A stretch of 64,000 nucleotides of DNA from Dehalococcoidia bacterium (GTDB lineage Bacteria > Chloroflexota > Dehalococcoidia > DSTF01 > WHTK01), in contig WHTK01000013.1 of NCBI GenBank assembly GCA_009377745.1, positions 1,212 to 65,211 on the forward strand. The letters are read 5' to 3'. Made by a program: the position numbers and the translations under genes. The notes under the pieces were generated by a model. The model saw only the letters and a program-made list of their open reading frames with translations, did not search any database and was not told where the DNA came from. This document shows positions 1-11,030 of this stretch, in pieces. Position 1 is the stretch's first letter, and each line of letters begins with the position of its first letter.

Positions 1-42
1 CTGCCGGCCGGAAAGCTGAACTGGCGGCAGGAGCATGTCAAA

Positions 43-2058
43 TTAGTCGCAGGTCGGTGTCGTGCAGTGCGCCACCTTCAAGTCACCATTCGTGGCGTCG
101 TAGTAGCTGATGACCGGCCGCCCGGCCGCATCCAGTGCCAGTGAGCTGTACTGACCGACATCCCCGGCTGAGTCCACAGTGACGATGCTGTTGAAGGCTG
201 GATTGCAGGTGGGGTCGCCACAATGCAGCAGCTTCAAGTCGCCATTCGTAGCGTCGTAGTAACTGACGACGGGGTTGCCATCCGCGTCCAGGGCCAGCGA
301 GGTGTGGAGGCCCACATCCCCTGCCACGTCTACTACCATGAGGCTGTTATTGGCACTGCATCTGGGATTGCCACAGTGCGCGACCCTCAGGTTGGTGTTC
401 AGGGAGTCGTAGTAGCTGATAACCGGGTTTCCGGCCGCGTCCAGGGCCAGCGAAGTGTACTGACCAACGTCACCGACATCGTCCACCGTGATGACTTCCG
501 AGAGGACACAAGCCGGGACATCCTTACCGTCTGGGAGGATCAAGCCTGTGCACCACGCCAGCTTCAAGTCTCGGTTGGTGCTGTCGTAGTAGCTGATTTT
601 TCCATTCGACGCCACGGAGGTATATTGGCCAACATTACCTGCGGCGTCGTAGGTGAAAGAGCTACAGAGAGTGACCTTGACGTCGCAGATTGCCATCTTC
701 AAGGCCGTGTTCGTGCTGTCGTAATAGCTGACGAGAAGCAGCGGCTCCGGGCCACCAAAACCGCCGCCCGGGGTTATCGCCAGCGAGGTGTACTGACCAA
801 CGTCACCCGTCGCGTCCACTCCCGCCAAGGGGGTTAACGCGGCGTTACAGTCGGGGTTGGCGCAGTTCGTTAGTGTGAGGTCACCTGCCGTAGCATCGTA
901 ATGGCTGATGACGGGGTTTCCAGACGAGTCTAGGGCCAGCGAACTGTAGAGGCCCTGGACGTTATTTGGGACACCGCCAGCCACAGGACCAAAACCGGGG
1001 TTGGCGCCACTGCAATTGGCATTGCCGCAGTGCACATGCATTAGGCGACCAAACGTGAAATCGAGGTAGCTTACGTGCGGCCTACCATCCGCGTCCAGTA
1101 CTAGTGAGGTGAAGAGGCCAACGGTATCCTCCGAGTCCACCGTGACGATGCGGTTGAGGTGCGCTAAGACGCCGGTATAGAACCCATTCGTCGCGATAGC
1201 GATCCCCTGCCCGCCGCTTATGCCTGTAACCGTAATCGGCACCTCCTGAGGGCCCTCGAGTACGGTGCCGGTTGTGCTGCACGTCATGCTCTGACCGGGC
1301 GAGAGGACTTCCGCATCGCAGGTCATCGGGCCGAACGAGGTCGTGGCCTCCCGGATCCGAGCCTCTGCCTCGCTGACGTTGGTCACGCCGACGTCGAGCG
1401 TGATCCGGTCGCCCACGGTCAGGTCGGGCCCGGGCGGCGTATCGGCGAGCTGCCCTTCGATGCTCGCGCTCAGCACCAAGGCGCCCTCTAGTTCAGGCGC
1501 AGACTCGACGAAGTTGGTGGCCTCCAGGTAGGTACCCCTGCCCAACGAGAGGTCGACGTTGAGGCCGGCGGTGGTGCTGATAGTCAGCTTCAGGCGCTGA
1601 CCCTCCAGCTCGACGGGGGTCTGCACAGGAATCCTGACCCGCTCCTGCCCGAGACACAGGCCCAGCAGTTGCGTCGTCTGACCGAGCTGCTCGATTTCGT
1701 TGCCGTCCGCGTTGGTCAGGGCAAGGGTATAGGTGGGTGTTAAGGAAAGGCCGACGGTGCAGGGCTTGACCAGGGTGAAGCTGGCGCCCTCGGCAAAGGA
1801 ACCGGTCAGGGGCGGGTCGCTGTACCAGCTGGGGGTGTCGGCGAGGTTCACCTGCAGCGTTTGCCCCGATGATGGAGTGGCGTTCATGGTCGAGCCATCG
1901 GCAGTACCGAGCACGTCGTCGCCGTGGAGGTAGAAGGTCAGCGTCTGGGGCTCCGGCGCCTGGAGGGCCAGGCTGACGGCGGGCGGACCGGCGGCCGCAA
2001 CCAGCGCTAGCGGTATGAGTGCAGACAGCACGAAGGTAGCTAACAGCTTGGGTTTCAT
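43..2058 (-). CDS. Secreted protein: N-terminal beta-rich region, Ig-like (DUF11/DUF7507-like) domain and 7 C-terminal beta-propeller-type repeats
   Basis: Signal peptide MKPKLLATFVLSALIPLALVAAA; AGAAGGG SD upstream; seven copies of VDxxGDVGQYTSLALDxxGxPVISYYDxTNxDLKxAHC. Confidence 0.75.
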   Translation of the reverse strand: MKPKLLATFVLSALIPLALVAAAGPPAVSLALQAPEPQTLTFYLHGDDVLGTADGSTMNATPSSGQTLQVNLADTPSWYSDPPLTGSFAEGASFTLVKPCTVGLSLTPTYTLALTNADGNEIEQLGQTTQLLGLCLGQERVRIPVQTPVELEGQRLKLTISTTAGLNVDLSLGRGTYLEATNFVESAPELEGALVLSASIEGQLADTPPGPDLTVGDRITLDVGVTNVSEAEARIREATTSFGPMTCDAEVLSPGQSMTCSTTGTVLEGPQEVPITVTGISGGQGIAIATNGFYTGVLAHLNRIVTVDSEDTVGLFTSLVLDADGRPHVSYLDFTFGRLMHVHCGNANCSGANPGFGPVAGGVPNNVQGLYSSLALDSSGNPVISHYDATAGDLTLTNCANPDCNAALTPLAGVDATGDVGQYTSLAITPGGGFGGPEPLLLVSYYDSTNTALKMAICDVKVTLCSSFTYDAAGNVGQYTSVASNGKISYYDSTNRDLKLAWCTGLILPDGKDVPACVLSEVITVDDVGDVGQYTSLALDAAGNPVISYYDSLNTNLRVAHCGNPRCSANNSLMVVDVAGDVGLHTSLALDADGNPVVSYYDATNGDLKLLHCGDPTCNPAFNSIVTVDSAGDVGQYSSLALDAAGRPVISYYDATNGDLKVAHCTTPTCD

Positions 2059-2089
2059 TTCTTATCCCTTCTACCGCGCTCAGCGTGAC

Positions 2090-4165
2090 CTACGAATCGC
2101 AGGGGTTGCCCTCGAAGTTGACCGTTGCCTCACCGATCACGATGTCGCCCAGTAGCGTCTCCAGGACGAGCGTTCGCTGCGTGATCCGGCCTTGCTCCAT
2201 GACCGTCTGGTTGAGGTGCAGGCTGGCGACCAGCAGAGGGATCGTTATCGGCTCGCTGATGGTCAGCAGGGGCTCGCCGTTGATGCTGAGCGTGACGAGC
2301 GATGAACCCGATAGCACCGGCGGCTCCTGACCCACAGCAGCGCACTCAGCCTTCGCGTCTGCCGACACGGCTTGGATCTGGATCAAGTTCAGGCCCGCGG
2401 CCAAGCTGACGTCCGCCAGGTCAGCGTGGGCGACCGCGTTGTCTCCGGCTGCGGGTGGCTCTTGCAAGTCATCGGGCGTTTGGTCCGTGCTCGCGTCGGC
2501 GACACCGGCGCTCGCGCTGAGCAACCCTGAGATCACGTCAACGTCCACGAGCGACTTGGCCTCGTCCAAGCAGGGGACGTCCGGCTCGTTTGCCACGACC
2601 GGCTCGATCGAGAGCACCCTCAGCGCGCTGGCCCGGCAGGAGAACGACCCGTCGCGCTCATCGTCGATGATCGTGCCGATGCCGGTGTTATCCGCGATGG
2701 TCGCGTTGGCGTTCGAAAGCTCTACGTAGAACTCCTCGTCCGGCTCGTCCTCCAGGTCACCCACCACGGGCACCGTGAGCGTCTGACTCGTCTCCAGCGG
2801 CGGGAAGGTCAGGGTCCCGTTGGTCGCGACGTAGTCCTGAGGCGCAGTCGCAGTGCCATCAGCGGTCGCGTAGTCGAGCGTGATTTCGCTCGCGCTGGGA
2901 GTGCTGAGCGTCACCGTGAATACGGCAGGCGTGGCCGGCGACAGTCCCGTGTTGCCCTCTGTCACCGTGACGTCGTTGATGCTGATCTCGGCCACGTCAT
3001 CGTCGATGACCGTACCGATCCCCGTGTCATCGGCGATCTGGGCGTTTACTGGGTTGAAGAGCAGGAGCTCGAAGAATTCGTCTTGCTCATCAACCAGATC
3101 GCCCATCACATCGACGGTGATTGTTCTGCTTATTTCGCCCGGCGGGAATTCCAGCACTGTGGCCTTGCTGGCGTAGTCGTCTGGCGTGATTGCGGAACCG
3201 TCGGCGGTCGAGTAGCCAACCGTGATTGTGGTCGAGCTCGCGTTGCTTAGTGACACCGTGAATGTCGCTGGCGTCGTGCCTGAATCGCCTTCCGTAACCG
3301 TGACGTCGTCGATTTCGATCTCGACCATGTCGTCATCGATGATCGTGCCCACCCCGGTGTCGTCGGCGATCTGTGCTCCTTGCGGGTTCGAGAGCACAAC
3401 GTTAAAGGTCTCATCGGGCTCAGCGATCAAGTCCCCGACGACGTCTATGTCGATGGTTTTGCTAATGTCACCGATGTCGAACGTCAGGAGGCCAAGCTGG
3501 CCCACGAAATCGTTGTTAGGACCCTGGGTCGCTGTGTCCTCTGCGGTTGCGTACTCGACTTTGACCTGCTGCGCCGGGGGCTGATCGAGCGACACTGTGA
3601 ACACAGCATGCGTAGGCGGGGTCAGCTCGGTGTTGCCCTCCGTGAAGGTTACGTTGTCAATCGAAAGCTTCGGGGCGACCCAATTTGCCACAACTTCGTT
3701 TGACGGTTGGGGTGCGGTATTTGCGCCTTGACAATGTCCGTCCACAACGCCTAGGGGTCTGGCGACCAGGTGATCCGTGCCGGTCTTCGAGCTTGTGTAG
3801 GTGAATTCCGCAATTCCCTGCGGATTCGTCGTTGCGGTTTCGGTATGGCCCTGATTGGGACCGCTCGTGACCCTGAGCTGCACTGTCACATGCGTCGCCG
3901 GGTCGGTCCCGGACTGGTCGCCTTCGGGGTCGCAGTTCTCCCAACTGACGTATACCTGTGCTGCGAGCGTATGGTTCGCTCCGATGAGATTGGTTGCGGT
4001 CGCCGGGCCGAGGAAGGTGTCGTAAGTTTGTACGATCTTCCTTGCCTCGACACTGGGGGCAGCCCCGCTCGCCGCCACCAGCCCAAAGATCAGAATGGCA
4101 ACGAGCAAGCCTGGTCGCCATGCGCGCGTGAATAATGAGGCTTTCCGTGGCCTGGATGATGACAT
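2090..4165 (-). CDS. Secreted/surface protein: Ig-like domain, three Calx-beta domains and a Cys-containing C-terminal domain
   Basis: AAAGGAG SD before ATG 4165; signal-like N-terminus; three repeats of I.I.DVTVTEG....A.FTVSL...T.DGTA....DY......L.F......KTI.V.V.GD..DE.DE.F...L.N..NA.IAD.TG.GTI.DDD. Confidence 0.85.
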   Translation of the reverse strand: MSSSRPRKASLFTRAWRPGLLVAILIFGLVAASGAAPSVEARKIVQTYDTFLGPATATNLIGANHTLAAQVYVSWENCDPEGDQSGTDPATHVTVQLRVTSGPNQGHTETATTNPQGIAEFTYTSSKTGTDHLVARPLGVVDGHCQGANTAPQPSNEVVANWVAPKLSIDNVTFTEGNTELTPPTHAVFTVSLDQPPAQQVKVEYATAEDTATQGPNNDFVGQLGLLTFDIGDISKTIDIDVVGDLIAEPDETFNVVLSNPQGAQIADDTGVGTIIDDDMVEIEIDDVTVTEGDSGTTPATFTVSLSNASSTTITVGYSTADGSAITPDDYASKATVLEFPPGEISRTITVDVMGDLVDEQDEFFELLLFNPVNAQIADDTGIGTVIDDDVAEISINDVTVTEGNTGLSPATPAVFTVTLSTPSASEITLDYATADGTATAPQDYVATNGTLTFPPLETSQTLTVPVVGDLEDEPDEEFYVELSNANATIADNTGIGTIIDDERDGSFSCRASALRVLSIEPVVANEPDVPCLDEAKSLVDVDVISGLLSASAGVADASTDQTPDDLQEPPAAGDNAVAHADLADVSLAAGLNLIQIQAVSADAKAECAAVGQEPPVLSGSSLVTLSINGEPLLTISEPITIPLLVASLHLNQTVMEQGRITQRTLVLETLLGDIVIGEATVNFEGNPCDS

Positions 4166-4407
4166 GGTCGGTACTCCTTTATGCAATGCCCATCGGGATG
4201 AGTCGCTGCGCGTGAGGCCGGCACAGACGAACAACGAAGTTCGTGCTCGTCTTGGCCGCAATGCCGGATTGCCTGATAGCCCAAACTGCTAGGCACAACT
4301 AACTAATGGCCAACCGTGATAGGATTCGCCACAGGTCGAGTTTATGCGAGTCGTCGTCTTGCGACGCTCGCGATGAGCACCAGATCAGCACCAAAAAAGC
4401 ACCGAAC

Positions 4408-5823
4408 ATGCATCAGAGCTCCTTTGGCAGCGAGAGTCAGGCATCGCGTCCGTCCTACAGTCAGGCGCTGCGGACACTGCGCGAAGCGCGAGGCGTGACA
4501 CAGGATAGTTGGGCAATCGAGCTCGGCATTGGCCGGACGACTGTTCAGCGCTGGGAGAATGGTCAAGCGGTGCCCCATGGACAAATGGAGGAGGCGATTA
4601 TCGCCCTCTGCGCCGAGCGAGGCCTGTTTCGGCGCTACGAAAGCGGTCCGCTGCGCGGGCTTACATTCACGCCGGAAATCCTCCGCGCGATGCTGGCGGA
4701 GGCGCGTCTCGGCTCGGATCAGCCACGGGACAGTCAATCCAATCCGCGGGATGACGAGGCCCGGTCGAGTGGCCCAGCGCTGGAGTCATCTGAATCCGAG
4801 CCGGAAAGGCGACTGGTGGCGGAGGATGTAAGTGCCGAGCATCTGACACGTGGGTCGAGGCTGTTTGCCGCAGGAGCGGCTGTCGTGTTCATTGGCGTGA
4901 TAGCCGCGACGGTCTATCTGCTTGCCAGAGGCAGTGGTGCGCCCGACGTGGTAGGGGCTGACCAGGTGTTGATCGAGCCTCTGACAAGCATCGCAGCCAC
5001 GCGGCCGGACGGCTTCATCACCTTTAGGTCGGAGAAAGAGGGGCAGAGTGCGGTGTTCGTGGTTGATTTCGATGGTTCCAACCTCGCCATGGCATTTGAT
5101 GATCCCCTTTTCGATTCATCGCCTAAATGGTCACCGGACGGAAGACGGCTGGTCTTCACATCGAGGGCCGGGTCTAGCGGCAACCGGGATATTTTCATAA
5201 CGGCGCTGGAGGACGGCGAGGCCGTGCAGCTCACGCAGAGCCCGGCCGATGACCTCGAGCCGGCCTGGGCACCAGACGGTTCTCAGATTGCTTTCGTGTC
5301 CGGTCGTGAAGGCGCTAAGGATATTTTCGTCATGACACCGACGGGAGCGATCACTGACCGTCTCACGAGCACCCCGGCCGACGACCTTCATCCCGCTTGG
5401 TCGTCAGAAGGCGAGCGAATCGCCTTCACTTCCACTCGCGATGGCAACCGAGAGATCTATGTGATGGATAGCGACGGCTCCAACCTAATGCGTCTTACGG
5501 ATCACGCTGCAGACGACGATCAGCCGGCCTGGTCGCCGGACGGTCAGATGATCGCCTTCCAATCGAGGCGAGATGGCAATCGCGAAATTTACATCATGAA
5601 TATTGATGGCACAGGCCTGCGACGCTTGACGAACGACGTCGCCGAAGACCTCCAGCCAACCTGGTCGCCTGATGGCGAGTATTTAGCCTTTGTTTCGACG
5701 AGGGATGGACAGAGGGATATCTACGTCGTTCGCTCTGACGGGACTGGCCTACGGAAGTTGACCGACAAGCTGACGGACAAAGATCAGCCTAGCTGGGTCC
5801 TGCCAAAGGAGGAAACACCTTGA
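4408..5823 (+). CDS. XRE-family HTH + transmembrane helix + TolB-like PD40 beta-propeller protein
   Basis: LRTLREARGVTQDSWAIELGIGRTTVQRWENG (HTH_3); TM LFAAGAAVVFIGVIAATVYLLA; repeated PAWSPDG..IAF.S.RDG..EIYVM motifs; start could be 4306. Confidence 0.85.
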   Translation: MHQSSFGSESQASRPSYSQALRTLREARGVTQDSWAIELGIGRTTVQRWENGQAVPHGQMEEAIIALCAERGLFRRYESGPLRGLTFTPEILRAMLAEARLGSDQPRDSQSNPRDDEARSSGPALESSESEPERRLVAEDVSAEHLTRGSRLFAAGAAVVFIGVIAATVYLLARGSGAPDVVGADQVLIEPLTSIAATRPDGFITFRSEKEGQSAVFVVDFDGSNLAMAFDDPLFDSSPKWSPDGRRLVFTSRAGSSGNRDIFITALEDGEAVQLTQSPADDLEPAWAPDGSQIAFVSGREGAKDIFVMTPTGAITDRLTSTPADDLHPAWSSEGERIAFTSTRDGNREIYVMDSDGSNLMRLTDHAADDDQPAWSPDGQMIAFQSRRDGNREIYIMNIDGTGLRRLTNDVAEDLQPTWSPDGEYLAFVSTRDGQRDIYVVRSDGTGLRKLTDKLTDKDQPSWVLPKEETP

Positions 5824-6706
5824 GCGGGTCGGTGCGCCTAGCCTCCTCGCGTTTGCCTCGAGGACGAAACGCCGGCAAGCTGCCCTAAAGTCCGAGAAAG
5901 CGGTATCGCGGTCTCTGGTTGAACCCGATTAAACCTTGCTCCCGGGAGGCTCTCGACGTGGAGTCTGGTCAGCCGTCAGGCCTGTTCGAAGGGAACACCT
6001 CAGATCACCATATCAAGTGCATCCTGAACATACATGCCGATGTTCGTCCAGTGGTGAGTAATTTCACAAAATGACCAAGATCTGAATCTGAGCTCAGCTC
6101 ACCAGAGAGCGGGCCGGCGCTGTTCGAAGCTACGCTTTGTACTAACATCGCTGAGCCTCGTCCGGCACAACGTGTTAGGCGGCACATGCAGTTGTCCCTG
6201 TTCGACTGCCTCACGCGAATCACCTCAGGCACGAAGGACCTTATTCAGAAGGCTCAGGTGGGAGAGCCCAGTGCGGAGGCTACCCGAACGGCTACAGTGG
6301 CTCACCCGCGTGGCGCGCAGCTCGGGACCATCGATGCTGCCTTGCTCACGACGTAATCAGGGCTGAGTCTAAGCCGACTGGCAAGCCGTATCCGGCCCAA
6401 GGCTGCCTGACGCCCGAAGACGTGCAGGTGCGGAACAGAAATGATCAACCGGGTGTCACTTGCATAACCAAAGAGGGGACCAAGGAGGCGTCGAGTCCAA
6501 GAGTTGCCCTCACACATAATCAATCGAGTTGAGTTTGGTCTAAAGTGGAGTCCTTGACGATGGGGCATTGCGGTTGACGTCCGATCTCGATGTCGGTCAG
6601 ATCCTCTGCCGCAGGTACCTTCCGGTGATCCCGGAGTCGACGGACAAGTTGGCGCGTTCTAGGCGGGACCATCCAGGTTATGCCGACTTCTCCCGGAGGC
6701 GGATGG

Positions 6707-9281
6707 ATGTCACAGGACGAAGAGCGCAGCGAGCCGATCCGTACACCGGATCAGCGTTTGCGCGTCTTCGTGAGCTCCACCCTGGCGGAGCTCGCCGAGG
6801 AGCGTATCGCTGTTACTCGCGCCATCACCGCCCTGCGGCTCACTCCAGTGCTCTTCGAGCTCGGAGCCCGCCCCCACCCGCCGCAGGAGCTGTACCGGGC
6901 CTACCTGGCGCAGAGTGACATATTCATCGGCATGTACTGGCAGCGCTATGGCTGGGTTGGACCGGGCATGGACATCTCGGGCCTGGAAGACGAGCTCCAG
7001 CTTCCCAGGCAATGCCCCGCTTGCTGTACATCAAGACTCCCGCGCCGGACAGAGAAGAGCAGCTGACTGCAATGATCGGCCGGCTGCAGAGCGAGGCAAC
7101 AAGCTCCTACAGGTCGTTTCGGAGCGCCCGTGATCTTGGACGCCTGGTCCGCGACGACCTCGCCGTGTTGCTCAGCGAGCGGTTCGCCGCGCAGGACAGC
7201 CGCATCGCCGCTTCGACATCCCCGGCATCGAGCAGTGGCCGGCGCCCGCGCTCCCTACCGTCCGCTTCTACCTCGCTGATCGGGCGGGAGCAGGACATCG
7301 TCCAGGTCAGCAGCCTGCTCGAGACACCGGAAGTTCGGCTGGTCACCCTCACCGGTCCAGGCGGTATCGGCAAGACCAGGCTGGCGGTCGCGGTTGGCGA
7401 GCGCCTGGAAGAGCGCTACCCAATGGCGACTGTCTTCGTGCCGTTGGCCTCAATCGCCCAGCCGGAGGCTGGTACTGCCGCGTATCGCAGCCGCGGCCGG
7501 CGCGTCCATGGAAGGTACACGTGCGCCTCTGGATGTCCTGGCCGAGCACCTCGCGGACTCATCTACGCTGCTTGTGCTGGACAGCCTCGAACAGGTCGTC
7601 GGCGTAGGACCTGAGCTTGATGAGCTTTTGACCCGCTGCGCCGATCTCAAGATCCTGGCCACCAGCCGAACCGTGCTCCGGCTGCGGGCCGAGCACGAGT
7701 ACCCTGTCGGGCCGCTGACGGTGCCCATGTTTCCGCAACGCCCTTCGATTGATGAGCTGGCGTCGTTGTCGGCCGTGGCGCTGTTCGTCGACCGGGCCAG
7801 GGCGGTACGCCGCGACTTCGCCCTGAATGAAGACAACGCTCTCGCCGTTGTGGAGATCTGCCGGTGCCTCGATGGCCTGCCGCTCGCCATCGAGCTGGCG
7901 GCGGCCCGCGTCCGGCTTCTGGACCCGACAGCGTTGCTTGCCCGGCTTGGAACGAGCCTCGATGCCCTCGGCGCCGGCCCAGTCGATCTCCCGGAGCGGC
8001 AACGGACGCTGCGCGCGACGATCGAGTGGAGCACCGGCCTGCTCGACGACGCCGAGCGCGACATGCTGGCGGCGCTATCTGTCTTTGTCGATGGCTGGTC
8101 TATCGAGTCGGCCGTGAGCGTTGCCGGCGTCGAAGAGGACCAGACGCTCGATCTGCTCGACGCTCTCGCCGGGCACAGCCTCGTTAGCATCGCCGCGAAG
8201 GATAACGGGCCCAGGTTCCGGATGCTCGAGACCGTGCGGGAGTTCTCTGCCGAGTTGCTTGCCACCACCCCGCACTTCGAAAATACCGTGCGGCGTCACG
8301 CGGCTTATTTCCGGGAGTTTGTCGAGAATTCCCACTGGCCGTTGCCGAACGAGACGGAATGGGCCGGACGCCTGGAAACCGAAGAAGGGAACCTGCGTGT
8401 TGCCATCCGCTGGTTCTTCGCCCATGACATCGCGCCGCTGCCTCACATCTTCCGCATCCTCTGGCGGTTCTGGCAGCTACGGGACCGCAGGACAGAAGGT
8501 AGGCCTGGATCGACGAGCTGGTGACCCTGTCTGCCACACTGGACGACCAGGCGCAGGCCGAGCTGTGGTTAACGTCGGCGACGACGCCGGCGCCCTCGCC
8601 GCGGCAAAAGAGATCGAGCGGCTGCAGGCACGCATCGAAGACCCTTACCTGCAGAGCGCGGCGCACATGGCGATGTCATGGACGCTGCCGATCCTTGATG
8701 ACTTCGAAGGCGCCCTCAGCGCCGCATCGCTGTCGATCCAGGGTTTCCGCGCCCAGGACGAACCGTTCATGGCGGCCATCGTCGTGTTTACTCTCGGGAT
8801 GCTTGAGATGGCGATGGGTCGCTACGAAGACGCTCATCGACACCTGAGCGAGGTCCACGCCACCGGCGGCCAGGACGGCGACAACTGGCTCACGGCGGTT
8901 GCGTGCGTGCAGCTCGCCTCGCTGGCCGTGGATGCGGGCCGGCCGGACGAGGCGCGCGCCCTGCTCGACGAGTCGCTTCACAATAGCCTCGGCACCGAGC
9001 GCAGCACTCACTTGCTGACCTTCTGCCTCGTCGCTTACGCCAAGCTCGCGGCGGCGAGAGGAGAACCGCGGCAGGCCGCGTTGGCCCTGGGCGCCGTCGA
9101 AGGCTTACGCGCTCGTGCCGGTCTGCGGCCCTGGCCGTTGGTGCGCCCGGGCGAAGCAGAGCTACTCGCCGGGGTGAAGCAGGCTTTCCCTCCCGATCAG
9201 TTCCAGGACGCTTTCGTCACAGGCTCCCAGCTCAGCCGGCGTGAAGCGATCGATATCGTGCGCGGCGAAGCATCCAGCTAG
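6707..9281 (+). pseudogene. DUF4062 + STAND/NB-ARC-like ATPase + TPR-like protein, interrupted by about 4 frameshifts (pseudogene or assembly errors)
   Basis: RLRVFVSSTLAELAEER (DUF4062); Walker A GPGGIGKT; LLVLDSLEQ; LDGLPLAIELAAAR; RFRMLETVREF. Pieces lie in ORFs 6680, 7012, 7394 and 8121, with breaks near 7003, 7468, 8502 and 8575. Confidence 0.8.
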
Positions 9282-9413
9282 ACGCCTTTCTCGCAACGGG
9301 CTGTTACCTACGAGGACTAGGGGTGCGGCCCCGGCGCCGGCGTGTCTATGGTGGATGTCCGGACGTCGGTCCTGTTAGGGATGAATATGGCTGCCGTGAG
9401 GAAGAGCTGACTA

Positions 9414-10265
9414 GTGAATACCTCGACAACGACGCGGGCAAGCACGATCACCACCCAGGATGGTACGCAGATTTACTTCAAGGACTGGGGAGTAGGTCAG
9501 CCGATCGTGTTCAGCCACGGTTGGCCGCTCAATTCCGATAGCTGGGAAGGCCAGATGCAGTTCTTCGCCTCCAAGGGCTATCGCTGCATAGCTCATGACC
9601 GCCGCGGTCATGGCAGATCGACTCAGCCCTGGATGGGCAACGAGATGGACACCTACTCCGACGACCTCGCCACGCTCATCCAGGCCCTGGACCTCAGAGA
9701 CCTGGTCTTGATCGGCCATTCCACGGGCGGCGGTGAAGTAACGCGCTACGTGGGACGTCACGGCGTCGGACGCGTGGCGAAGGTGATCCTCGTCTCGGCA
9801 GTCCCGCCGCTGATCGTCAAGACGGACGCAAACCCCGACGGCGTGCCGATCGAGGCGTTGGACCAGGTTCGCGCGGCTCATCTCGCCGATCGCTCCCAGT
9901 TCTACAAAGACTTCTTCAGCGGTCCGTTCTGCGGCTTCAATCGCCCCGGCGCCAAGGTATCGCAGGGCATCATCGACTCGTTCTGGCTGCAGAGCATGCA
10001 GTCCGGCCTGACCAACGCGTTCGACTGCATCAAGGCGTTCTCGGAGACCGACTTCACGGAGGACCTCAAGAAGTTCGAGAACACACCGACGCTGATAATC
10101 CACGGCGACGATGACCAGATCGTCCCGATCGGTGCGTCCGCTATGAAGTCATCTCAACTCGTAAGGGGCGCGACCTTGAAGATTTACGAGGGCGCTCCTC
10201 ACGCCCTGCCGGCCACTCACGCGGAGCGGCTAAACGCCGATATGCTGGAGTTCCTGCGGTCCTAA
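9414..10265 (+). CDS. Non-heme chloroperoxidase/arylesterase-type alpha/beta hydrolase
   Basis: [23 protein letters not shown] nucleophile elbow, [13 protein letters not shown]. Confidence 0.92.
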   Translation: MNTSTTTRASTITTQDGTQIYFKDWGVGQPIVFSHGWPLNSDSWEGQMQFFASKGYRCIAHDRRGHGRSTQPWMGNEMDTYSDDLATLIQALDLRDLVLIGHSTGGGEVTRYVGRHGVGRVAKVILVSAVPPLIVKTDANPDGVPIEALDQVRAAHLADRSQFYKDFFSGPFCGFNRPGAKVSQGIIDSFWLQSMQSGLTNAFDCIKAFSETDFTEDLKKFENTPTLIIHGDDDQIVPIGASAMKSSQLVRGATLKIYEGAPHALPATHAERLNADMLEFLRS

Positions 10266-10299
10266 TAGCTGCCCTGAGGCGGCAGGATCAAGTACCGGT

Positions 10300-10745
10300 C
10301 GATGGCTCACAGCCGCAAGCTCAGGCGCAAGAATTGCGTCTCGTCTTTGAACCCGGCGCTTCGCCGATCGAAGTCGAGGCAGACCTACACCTGCTCGCCC
10401 GTGTCGTGGAGAATCTGCTCGATAACGCGCTGCGTTACACTCCGGCCGGAGGATCCGTGCAGGTGTCTTTGCGGCCGTGACGGCAAAAGCGCCTGGTTCA
10501 GGGTTGCCGATACCGGTCCCGGCATCCCTCCAGCCGACCTGTCGCACCTCTTCTCACCTCTCTACCGAGGTGAAGCCTCACGCAACCGCCGTACGGGTGG
10601 CACGGGTCTCGGTTTGACCATCGCCCAGCGCATCCTTCTGGCGCATGGCGGTGACCTCCAAGCAGAGAACAATCTTGGAGGTGGAGCCGTCTTCACGGCC
10701 TCGCTGTCGGCGGCCGCAAGGTCGGCGTTCCCAGCCAGCGCCTGA
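10300..10745 (+). pseudogene. Truncated sensor histidine kinase (HATPase_c fragment, frameshifted)
   Basis: One frame gives ARVVENLLDNALRYTPAGG (N box), the next gives VADTGPGIP...GTGLGLTIA (G1/G2); no HisKA or sensor region upstream. Confidence 0.75.
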
Positions 10746-10975
10746 GATTGCGGGCGGGCGCCCGACTTACAACGCGACTGGCCTGGCAGCGCTGGAGAAG
10801 GGCCTGCAGCTATTCGCGCTACTCCGATCCCAGTCCGGCTCCGAGCGTCGCTCCCCTACCCCTAAGCCCTTGCCAGCCAAACTTGTGCGTACCGATGAAC
10901 GACCAGCGCGATTTGGCTCCCTATGCCGTGCTCGTGTTACGCCGAGGACGAAGCCCTCATAGCTCACCATAAACG

Positions 10976-11008
10976 TCACGACAGTCCCGGGAGGTGGGAC
11001 TGTCGTGA
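10976..11008 (-). terminator. Inverted repeat downstream of the small Zn-ribbon gene, probable terminator
   Basis: TCACGACAGTCCC / GGGACTGTCGTGA 13-bp perfect stem. Confidence 0.55.
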
Positions 11009-11030
11009 GAAGGAAGGATGCGGCTGTCGC

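Noticed and set aside
5824..6680. 850-bp lower-GC intergenic region with GAGGACGAAAC (hammerhead-like) and short ORFs
   Set aside because: No CUGANGA core for a hammerhead; the ORFs lack an SD, codon bias or motifs; no supportable feature
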